This document shows positions 28,243 to 36,071 of a stretch of DNA of 47,087 bases, in pieces. The notes under the pieces were generated by a model. The model was not told the DNA's origin and ran no database searches. It worked only from the letters and a program-made list of their open reading frames with translations. The first letter of the stretch is position 1; each line of letters starts with the position of its first letter. The position numbers and the translations under genes are program-made. The DNA is taken from the sequence record SRR22947725_2412. One strand, 5' to 3'.

Positions 28243-29115
28243 CTAAAGCTTAAAATCCCGCTTCAGATCATCAGCGATTTCCTCAAAGACCTCTTGCCTA
28301 ACAGATGTTTTACGCCAAAACATCGCAATCCTTCTTCCTGGAGAATTACTTTTAAATGGCAGGTACTTAACCCCTTTTATTTCGAGTCGAGAATTTTGAG
28401 GAATTAAGGTAATGCCATTACCCAACTGAATCATATGCAATAAGACCGTCAATGAACTCGCATTAAAATCCGCCTGTGCCTTTAAATGACTTGTATGGCA
28501 AATATCTAAGGCCTGATCTCTTAAGCAGTGGCCATCTTCTAACAGTAATACATTCTCCTTTTCAAGATCTTTTATAGTCACTGCAGTAGTCAAACTGTGA
28601 TCGCTTGGTAAAGCGACATAGAAATCTTCTGAATAAAGCTCCTGACTGATTAGTTGAGGATGCTCCTCTGGTAATGCCATGAAGGCTATATCGAGGTCAC
28701 CATTAACCAGCATATCAATCAAAACAGAGGTCTTTTCTTCGATCAAGTGAAAATATATATTGGGATAAGAGTTTTGTAATTCTGGCACTAAATGAGCAAA
28801 AAGTGAAGGTGCTAGTGTTGGAAACGCTCCTAGGTACATATCACCAGAGTAAGGGTCTGCTTCCAACTGAGCTTGCAGTTTAAGATCATTTACTTTTGTT
28901 AAAATATCCAGAGCTGATGTCAATAACTTTTGCCCCGTATGAGTCAAAACAACCTGCTGCGTTGTCCGTTCAAAAAGGACCGTACCTAATTGCTTTTCCA
29001 ACTTTTTAAGCTGAATACTCAACGCTGGCTGGCTGACTCCACAAATATCGGCTGCTTTTTTAAAGCTTGAATGCTTAGCAACAGCAGCAAAATACTCTAA
29101 TAATCTTGTATTCAT
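28243..29115 (-). CDS. oxyR: H2O2-sensing LysR regulator OxyR
   Basis: LysR HTH (VSQPALSIQLKKLE); LEDGHCLRDQALDIC with both redox cysteines. Confidence 0.92.
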   Translation of the reverse strand: MNTRLLEYFAAVAKHSSFKKAADICGVSQPALSIQLKKLEKQLGTVLFERTTQQVVLTHTGQKLLTSALDILTKVNDLKLQAQLEADPYSGDMYLGAFPTLAPSLFAHLVPELQNSYPNIYFHLIEEKTSVLIDMLVNGDLDIAFMALPEEHPQLISQELYSEDFYVALPSDHSLTTAVTIKDLEKENVLLLEDGHCLRDQALDICHTSHLKAQADFNASSLTVLLHMIQLGNGITLIPQNSRLEIKGVKYLPFKSNSPGRRIAMFWRKTSVRQEVFEEIADDLKRDFKL

Positions 29116-29129
29116 CGTCCCTCAATTAA

Positions 29130-29157
29130 GCCCCCAAAGAAATATTCCTTTGAGGGC
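29130..29157 (-). other. Intercistronic hairpin between Prx-Grx and oxyR
   Basis: Minus strand GCCCTCAAAGGA-ATAT-TTCTTTGGGGGC, 12-bp stem with two G-U pairs and a weak U-tract. Confidence 0.55.
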
Positions 29158-29164
29158 ACATTTA

Positions 29165-29893
29165 TTATTTCAACCATTCTTCTAATTCATCGGCACCGCC
29201 GATATGGCGACCGTCTATATAAACCTGAGGCGTCGTCTGCTGGCCCGTTACAACACGTAGAGAACTCAAACTCAAACCCTGGGTGCCAAGCTTAATCTCT
29301 TCATACTGCATATTCGCTGATGCCAATGCTTTTTTAGCTCTGGTGCAATGAGAACAACCCGGCTTAGTAAATAAAGTCGCCTTACTTGGCAATTTTGCCT
29401 CAGGAGCAATGGCCTTCAGCATGGTGTCTGCATCACTTACCTCAAATGGATCGCCCGGCTTATCGGGTTCAATAAACATTTTTTCAATGATGCCATCTCT
29501 AACCAGCATGGAGTAACGCCAAGAGCGCATGCCAAAGCCAAGATCCTTTTTATCAACCAGCATGCCCATCGCCTCAGTAAACTCACCATTACCATCCGGT
29601 AAAACTTTGACTGATTTTAAGCCCTGCTCCTGAGCCCATGCATTCATAACAAAAGAATCATTAACTGACAAGCAATAAATATCATCAACACCCTCGTCTT
29701 TTAAGATTGGAGATAATTCTTCATATCTCGGCAAATGAGTCGTCGAACATGTTGGTGTGTAAGCTCCTGGCAATGAGAAAACTATAACGGTACGTCCCTT
29801 AAAAAGTTCTTCGCTGTTAAGGTCTATCCACTCATTATTCTGACGCGTTCTAAATGTTACTTGAGGAACTGCCTGTCCTTCTCTGCTTTTCAT
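29165..29893 (-). CDS. pgdX: Hybrid peroxiredoxin-5/glutaredoxin (glutathione-dependent peroxidase)
   Basis: PGAYTPTCS, SVND.FVM.AW, GFGMRSWRYSM; C-terminal Grx domain with CSHC and TPQVYIDG..IGG. Confidence 0.93.
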   Translation of the reverse strand: MKSREGQAVPQVTFRTRQNNEWIDLNSEELFKGRTVIVFSLPGAYTPTCSTTHLPRYEELSPILKDEGVDDIYCLSVNDSFVMNAWAQEQGLKSVKVLPDGNGEFTEAMGMLVDKKDLGFGMRSWRYSMLVRDGIIEKMFIEPDKPGDPFEVSDADTMLKAIAPEAKLPSKATLFTKPGCSHCTRAKKALASANMQYEEIKLGTQGLSLSSLRVVTGQQTTPQVYIDGRHIGGADELEEWLK

Positions 29894-29953
29894 AACTTAC
29901 TCCTTATTATCAGTTGTTAATTCAACTATAATACCGACTCATATTTAAATAAA

Positions 29954-29990
29954 ATTTATTATATTTATAACTTTAATATATAAAATATAT
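29954..29990 (-). promoter_or_regulatory. Putative OxyR binding site
   Basis: Minus strand ATAT-N7-ATAT-N7-ATAA-N7-AAAT versus consensus ATAG-N7-CTAT-N7-ATAG-N7-CTAT; region is extremely AT-rich. Confidence 0.45.
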
Positions 29991-30035
29991 CAACTAAAGG
30001 GTAAAAATAAACCTCTCTTCGCTTACTATCATTGA

Positions 30036-30965
30036 ATGAAAAAAGCCTTCACAGATATTCGTCACAGTCAAAGCTTCCTCGCCATAGGCGCTGTTCTCTG
30101 CAGTCTTCTATGGGGCAGCGCTTTTCCTGCTATTCGCTATGCTCATAACTATTTTGATAAAACACTTTTTGTCAATCACTTATCTTTTGCTGGATGGCGC
30201 TTTTTGCTCGCAGGCTTTCTAGTGCTCATTTTCATAAAGCGTAAAAAAGAAATGTTCAAAAATTGCCCGAAAAAAGGTTTATTGGCAGTCGCCCTTTTTC
30301 AGGTAGTCATCCAGTACAGTCTTTTTTACTGGGGCTTAAACATTGCTCCTGCTGTTCTAGGAGCCATCTTGGTCAGTACGGGTAGCTTTTGGTGGGTTTT
30401 ATTAGCACCATTGGTCGATAAAAGTGAAACCATCAACACTAAACAATTCATCTGCTTAACTCTTGGTTTTGTCGGTGTGTGTCTTTGTATGATGAATAAA
30501 CAAGGTGGTGGCGACAATTACTGGAGCAGCCTCTTCTTTATTCTCTCAAGCTTAAGTGGTACTGTCGCGGTACTCTATGTAAGGCCAATGAATAAAAAAG
30601 TCCCACCCCATTTTCTAGCTGGGTCATCACTCATACTCGGCGGCATGATTCTCCTCTTAGCGACGGCGAATAATAGCTTCACATGGCTTATGCAGATGAG
30701 TGGCCCCTTGCTCTTATTAACTCTATGGTTGGCTTTTGTCTCGGCGGCGGCATTTTCTTTATGGTACTACCTAGTGACTATATTCGATGTCCCCCGTCTA
30801 AGTGGCTATCGCATGCTTATTCCTGTCTGCGGTGTACTCGAGTCAGTTCTTTTTCTAGACGATGAATTTTTATACTGGAATACAGCCTTAGGCGGTCTCA
30901 TTGTTTTGACCGCCATTTTCATGCTCGAAAGATTGAAGAAAAAAAACTACTTTAAAGATGCCTGA
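30036..30965 (+). CDS. EamA/DMT family transporter
   Basis: About 10 TM helices, LLWGSAFPAI, GWRFLLAG, SAAAFSLW, two EamA halves. Confidence 0.9.
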   Translation: MKKAFTDIRHSQSFLAIGAVLCSLLWGSAFPAIRYAHNYFDKTLFVNHLSFAGWRFLLAGFLVLIFIKRKKEMFKNCPKKGLLAVALFQVVIQYSLFYWGLNIAPAVLGAILVSTGSFWWVLLAPLVDKSETINTKQFICLTLGFVGVCLCMMNKQGGGDNYWSSLFFILSSLSGTVAVLYVRPMNKKVPPHFLAGSSLILGGMILLLATANNSFTWLMQMSGPLLLLTLWLAFVSAAAFSLWYYLVTIFDVPRLSGYRMLIPVCGVLESVLFLDDEFLYWNTALGGLIVLTAIFMLERLKKKNYFKDA

Positions 30966-31798
30966 AGAAACTTAAGCATTTTTGCCTTATTCTCAGCACT
31001 AAAAAAAGCTTTACCGCCATGGCCTGCATTTTTAACGACAACAAGCTCTGCAGCTAAAGAAGCTTGTATATAAGCAGCCAAAATAGCTTCGGATTGATCC
31101 ATAAGAACGGTTTTATCTTTATCGCCATGAAAAATTAAAAATGGCGGATCATCCTGAGTAACGTAGTATCTCGCTGAAGCTTTCTTCGCTAACTCAACTT
31201 TCGTATCCGCGCCACCACCCAATAGTTTATAGACTACAGAACCCTCTTTATTAGCTCGATGAGGTTGAGTCTTAGACCGCAAAATAAAATCAGTTGCGCC
31301 ATAGAAATCAATGACTGCCCTGACCTTAGAAGATACAGCAAGATGCCCCCCTACATTGCCTTCCGTGAAAGAATCTCCACCTGAAGTCCCTACTAAAGCA
31401 GCAAGATGTCCACCCGCACTAGAACCGGCTACGGCAAAACGCTCCGAGTCCAAATTATACTTATCTGCATTAGCTCTTAACCAACGAATAGCGCCTTTAC
31501 AATCGTGAATTTGTGCTGGGAACTGGGCCACATCGGTTAATCGATAAGAAATACTTGCTACGGCAAAACCATGACCGGTCATCCATTGGATTGAGCAATT
31601 ATCTTTACTGCCCTTGTGCCAACCCCCACCATGTATCCAAACCACTAAAGGTAATTTTTTGGTCGCCTTTTGAGGTAAATAGAGATCAAGTTTTAAGCTT
31701 TGATCATTAACGACGGCAAATTCTAGATTCTCTATTTTTTTATCTTGAGCGAAAAGCTGAATAGACAAAAATAAACATACACACAGCCATTTTTTCAT
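30947..31798 (-). CDS. Secreted alpha/beta hydrolase (HSL/BD-FAE-like esterase)
   Basis: Signal peptide; HGGGW, GSSAGG, HGDKD, AGHG. Confidence 0.9.
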   Translation of the reverse strand: MKKWLCVCLFLSIQLFAQDKKIENLEFAVVNDQSLKLDLYLPQKATKKLPLVVWIHGGGWHKGSKDNCSIQWMTGHGFAVASISYRLTDVAQFPAQIHDCKGAIRWLRANADKYNLDSERFAVAGSSAGGHLAALVGTSGGDSFTEGNVGGHLAVSSKVRAVIDFYGATDFILRSKTQPHRANKEGSVVYKLLGGGADTKVELAKKASARYYVTQDDPPFLIFHGDKDKTVLMDQSEAILAAYIQASLAAELVVVKNAGHGGKAFFSAENKAKMLKFLQASLK

Positions 31799-32340
31799 TT
31801 AAATAACATCGCTTTTTTCAAAGTCTTCACTTGCTCACCCAAGCCTAATTTTTCACAAATAGCATAAGAAAATTCCAATGATGTCCCTGGGCCGCGGCTG
31901 GTAATAATCTGGCCATCAACTTCAACCCGGTTTTCGGTGTATTGTTCACAGCACTGAAGCTCATCTTCTTTCGAAGGGTGAGAAGTCACTTTCTTATCAT
32001 CAATAATACCGGCTCTTTCCAAGGCAACTGGAGCTGCACAAATAGCACCGATTACTTTCTCTAATGAATGGGCATCTTGGATCATTTGTTGAACTTCATC
32101 ACTATCGCGCAAATGATGCGCTCCTGGGAGACCTCCCGGTAAAATCAACGCATCTAATTCATCGACAAAGAGATCATCCAGTAAACAATCCATCTTTATA
32201 ATGACATCCCTAGCACCTTTGACTTCCATACCAAAAACACCAACGCATACAACATCGACACCAGCACGGCGTAAAACATCGACCGGAGTCACTGCTTCGA
32301 TCTCTTCAAAACCATCGGCAAATAAAACTGCTGCTTTCAT
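31795..32340 (-). CDS. yajL: DJ-1/ThiJ/YajL family protein
   Basis: GFEEIEA, DVLRRAG, LPGGLPGA, AICAAP, TSRGPGT. Confidence 0.92.
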   Translation of the reverse strand: MKAAVLFADGFEEIEAVTPVDVLRRAGVDVVCVGVFGMEVKGARDVIIKMDCLLDDLFVDELDALILPGGLPGAHHLRDSDEVQQMIQDAHSLEKVIGAICAAPVALERAGIIDDKKVTSHPSKEDELQCCEQYTENRVEVDGQIITSRGPGTSLEFSYAICEKLGLGEQVKTLKKAMLFK

Positions 32341-32382
32341 AACAAACTCCCAAAAGCTTTAAAAGGGGGATCCTATTATCTT

Positions 32383-32423
32383 AAAATAAAAAAGGGGGAG
32401 CTGTGAAAATTCACAACTCCCCC
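32383..32423 (-). terminator. Rho-independent terminator of trxA
   Basis: Minus strand GGGGGAGTTGTGA-ATTT-TCACAGCTCCCCC followed by TTTTTTATTTT. Confidence 0.85.
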
Positions 32424-32446
32424 AATAAATTTTGCTGGACTAATTC

Positions 32447-32773
32447 TTAAAGCTGAGCTTTAATTCTAGCAACAAGATCAGCTTCTTTCTGCGCTGCACC
32501 TACAAGAGTTTCAACAGCTACACCATCCTTAAAAACAATCAAAGTGGGTATAGAAGAAACGCTAAATTTTTGAGCAGAAGTACCTGCGTCATCAGTGTTA
32601 CACTTAGCTACTTTTGCATCAGCACCAATTGCATCAGCTACTTTGTCAATGACTGGAGCCAACATGCGGCAAGGACCACACCATGGAGCCCAGAAGTCAA
32701 CCAGTGTTACACCTTCGGCAATTGTACTTTCGAAATTACTGTCATCAATAATCAAAACCTTATCAGAGGCCAT
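32447..32773 (-). CDS. trxA: Thioredoxin
   Basis: VDFWAPWCGPC and SIPTL; AAGGAG SD 6 nt before ATG 32773. Confidence 0.97.
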   Translation of the reverse strand: MASDKVLIIDDSNFESTIAEGVTLVDFWAPWCGPCRMLAPVIDKVADAIGADAKVAKCNTDDAGTSAQKFSVSSIPTLIVFKDGVAVETLVGAAQKEADLVARIKAQL

Positions 32774-32976
32774 CGTCATCTCCTTATTAAAACCATAGGT
32801 ATGAAAATAGTCATGGTTATCACAGATTCTATAGTTCTTTTTGTTAAATAATAGAGTTTTCTATTTATGCTTGTGTTTTCACTTAAGATACTTTTGATTT
32901 ATAGGTATTTATTGTGTAGAATGACTGCTGTCTGTTGCGAAATTTCAGACTTAAGTTACTGGAGTGATTAATAAAC

Positions 32977-33846
32977 ATGAAGCTTGTTTACGAAGTATGG
33001 CTCGATGCCGGTATGAGAACCGACTGTATAGGCGATGAGAACCTGCATTTGAAAAAAAATGACTGGGCCGTTATCGACTTTGAACACCACAAAGATTATG
33101 GCCGCATTCTCTCTTGTCGTGGACAACTTCCTGAAGGCGTTGACCAAAACTCAATGCCCAAAATCAATCACCGGGCGACACTCCACGATCAAAGTAAAGC
33201 TCACGAAAACTACATTCATAATAAACGGACTCAAAAACAGGCCATTGCTATTGTCGATGAACACGGCTTGGGCATCACTGTTGTTGATACCCATATGAGT
33301 TTTGACCGCAAAAAGCTGACTTTAAAATTTACTTCTCCATCGCGTGTTGATTTTCGTAATCTCGTTCGCGAATTAGCGCGCAAACTGCAAGTAAAAGTTG
33401 AACTGCGACAAATCGGCGTTCGCGATGTGGCTAAAATGCGAGGCGGCATCGGGACTTGTGGACGGACACTTTGCTGCACTTCTTGGATTCACGAATTTCA
33501 AAGCGTCAATGTACGCATGGCCAAAGATCAGGGGCTAAGCCTTAATACCAATGGTATCTCTGGACAGTGCGGTCGCTTGAAGTGCTGTCTCAGTTTTGAG
33601 CATGAAGGCTATAAAATGATCACTAAAAATATGCCGTTGGCTGGTAGCCGTTGCTTTGTCAAAGGCGGTGAAGGCCGTGTAATCGACATACAATTACTCA
33701 AAGAGAGTATTACCGTTCGCTTAAAGCAAGACGGCCGGATTGTAAATGTCATGCGCGAAGACCTCAAAACTAAAGCTGACTCAATTGCAGGAGGCGGAGG
33801 TTGCGGTACAGAGGGAGATTGTAATTCTGGTGGTTGTAGTGTCTAA
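32977..33846 (+). CDS. ricT: RicT/YaaT (PSP1 domain) Fe-S protein with Gly/Cys-rich C-terminal tail
   Basis: RVDFRNLVREL, ELRQIGVRD, GTCGRTLCC, AKDQGLSLN, SGQCGRLKCCL; tail GGGGCGTEGDCNSGGCSV. Confidence 0.93.
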   Translation: MKLVYEVWLDAGMRTDCIGDENLHLKKNDWAVIDFEHHKDYGRILSCRGQLPEGVDQNSMPKINHRATLHDQSKAHENYIHNKRTQKQAIAIVDEHGLGITVVDTHMSFDRKKLTLKFTSPSRVDFRNLVRELARKLQVKVELRQIGVRDVAKMRGGIGTCGRTLCCTSWIHEFQSVNVRMAKDQGLSLNTNGISGQCGRLKCCLSFEHEGYKMITKNMPLAGSRCFVKGGEGRVIDIQLLKESITVRLKQDGRIVNVMREDLKTKADSIAGGGGCGTEGDCNSGGCSV

Positions 33847-36037
33847 AGAGGCAGAACAGAATTTAGCTAGTATCCAAGCTGAAGAAGCTTCATCTGCAAA
33901 AATTCTTTTTCTGTACTTATTTGCCACAGTTCTCTTTCTGTTACCGATCAAATTCGGAGCTTCTTGGCTAACCGGCCACTTACCGGCATATCCAGATAGC
34001 TTTTTATTCTCGTCATTCCCCACAAGCTTTTTAGGGCTTTCCTCAGCATTACTCTTGGTGGCGGCTCTCATTATCTTTAAGCCTCAACGAATCAGCTCTC
34101 ACTCTATTAAAATCATCGGTTCATGGCTCTTTATTACCCTCAGCTGTGCTCTTTTCGGGCATTACTCTGAAGATATGCCTTTTTACATGAATTCGATCAA
34201 CCAAATGTTAACGGCCACAACTTTAGTTATCACTGCTGCTATTCTCATCGATAACGAGCCACGCGCCAAAGAATTTATAATAGGAGGACTCTGTGCCGGT
34301 CTTATTTACATCGTCTTTAACGGACTCTACCAATACTTTTGGGGCTTTGCAGATACGCGGGCTTTTTTTGAAGAGCAAGTAGCACAAGGTATCCAATTCC
34401 CCGCAGGCCAAAAAAGCCGAATTATGCAGACACTTGTCTACAGTACCTTCACCATATCAAACAGTTGTGCCGCCCATATTATACTAACCGCTCCCTTACT
34501 CGCTCTAACACTCTTCAAATACTTTAACCCTCAACACCTTCAAGCAGTTAAAGCAAGCGCCTTCACTCTTATCTTTTATGGTTGTTGTAATGCTTACAGT
34601 GGTTCCACGATCACTCTTGGTTTAATCACCATAATTATAGGCCTTATTTTCTTTCTCAAAAGTGAAGAACTCCCACCTGTCGCTTATCACGTCTTTAGCA
34701 TCTTAACTATTCTTTCAACTCTTCTTGTACTCGGTTTCACGCGCAGTCGAGCAGGTATAGTTTGCTTTTTCATCGGCCTCCTTTTAGCCCTCGCCATTAC
34801 TGTCCAAAAGCGCCATATTCGATTCGGAGCTATCGGAGCCCTCATTGTTACCGGTATACTCGGAGCTTTCATTGCTCCAACAGTGGGCTCATTCCAAGTA
34901 CGTTTAGGCTATTATTCAACCCTGTTAAAGTCATTTGCAAATGACATGTGGGGAGCTGGTTTTGGAAGTTTCGTCAGCAACTATAATATTATGAAAGACG
35001 CCGGAATTGAAGAGTCCCAAGTGCCCCACTCTTTCTTTTTTGGTTACCTAGGCCAAGGTGGGCTTATCGCCGGAATCGCTGTTCTAACTTGCTTTGCAAT
35101 TACTCTTTATGCCATCAATAAGAGTCACTGCGATCGCCTTACAAAATTCAGCCTGATTGCAGGATTCGCTGCATGGTTCCTCCATGCCCAATTGGACTTC
35201 AACATTATGATTATTGGCACCTTATGTTGTGCTGCTATTATTGGCCTACTCGCTTCACAAACTAATGACAAACAACATCAAAGTTATAAAAAAGTCATTA
35301 TTCTCTTTTGGCCGGTGGTTGTCATTAGTCTTGCAATAAATATTCCCATGCTCCAGCAACAAAGAAGCTACTTCTACCTTTATCAAACTCTGCAAAATCA
35401 AGAAAAGATAGCGAACCTAGATGTCGTTAAAAATATCACTGCAAAAATTTCTAAAATAAATCAAAAATCCTCTAAACACCTGATTGAAAGTGCCCGCTGG
35501 TCAATGGGCCAAAACATGTTCAACCGCGAGCTTACTCCGATACAAAAGTTTGAGTACTTAAAGTTTGCCGAAGACAATCTTTTAAAAGCAGCCGATATTT
35601 CACCTAAAGAAACAGGGGTCTTTACCAGCCTCTCTCGAGTCTATATACTTCAAAAAAATCTCGACCTTGCTCAACAAATGCTCAACAAAGCTTTTGCCCT
35701 TTATCCCTATTCCTCGACAGCGCTGCAACTAGAATCTGAAATCATCGCTACTTTGAGACATAGATTCCCTAAAAACCCGACCTACCACGAAGCCTATTTT
35801 AGAAGTCAAATAAAAAGTCTAGAAATAAAATTAGGCAAGCTCAGGTTCCTACACCACCTCAAGTTATCTGACGAAGAGTTAAATTCTATCGTGACATCTC
35901 TTGATAAAACCAGCAGCAAACTATACACTGAAATGGACTTTTTTGACAAATCTGATATCTCACTTGCGACAAACGATATAAAACAAAGAATATCAGAAAT
36001 CCTTCAGGAAGCTAAAGAACTTGTAAAACAGCCATAA
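33839..36037 (+). CDS. O-antigen ligase (Wzy_C) family membrane protein with C-terminal TPR
   Basis: Many TM helices; STFTISN, TRSRAG, GAGFGSF, PHSFF..GQGG, LHAQLDF; TPR-like helices near the C-terminus; GTG 33839 chosen as start (track start 33746). Confidence 0.78.
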   Translation: MSKEAEQNLASIQAEEASSAKILFLYLFATVLFLLPIKFGASWLTGHLPAYPDSFLFSSFPTSFLGLSSALLLVAALIIFKPQRISSHSIKIIGSWLFITLSCALFGHYSEDMPFYMNSINQMLTATTLVITAAILIDNEPRAKEFIIGGLCAGLIYIVFNGLYQYFWGFADTRAFFEEQVAQGIQFPAGQKSRIMQTLVYSTFTISNSCAAHIILTAPLLALTLFKYFNPQHLQAVKASAFTLIFYGCCNAYSGSTITLGLITIIIGLIFFLKSEELPPVAYHVFSILTILSTLLVLGFTRSRAGIVCFFIGLLLALAITVQKRHIRFGAIGALIVTGILGAFIAPTVGSFQVRLGYYSTLLKSFANDMWGAGFGSFVSNYNIMKDAGIEESQVPHSFFFGYLGQGGLIAGIAVLTCFAITLYAINKSHCDRLTKFSLIAGFAAWFLHAQLDFNIMIIGTLCCAAIIGLLASQTNDKQHQSYKKVIILFWPVVVISLAINIPMLQQQRSYFYLYQTLQNQEKIANLDVVKNITAKISKINQKSSKHLIESARWSMGQNMFNRELTPIQKFEYLKFAEDNLLKAADISPKETGVFTSLSRVYILQKNLDLAQQMLNKAFALYPYSSTALQLESEIIATLRHRFPKNPTYHEAYFRSQIKSLEIKLGKLRFLHHLKLSDEELNSIVTSLDKTSSKLYTEMDFFDKSDISLATNDIKQRISEILQEAKELVKQP

Positions 36038-36071
36038 TTTTGAGCGTCACTATTTAGGAGCATCTCGAAAC

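Noticed and set aside
32831-32864. ATAG...ATAG-N6-CTAT upstream of trxA as an OxyR box
   Set aside because: Spacing is N6 rather than N7, and the second element does not match
33746-33838. 101-bp overlap of the Wzy_C ORF with ricT as dual coding
   Set aside because: Best explained as the ORF caller extending to an upstream ATG; GTG 33839 gives an ordinary 8-bp overlap
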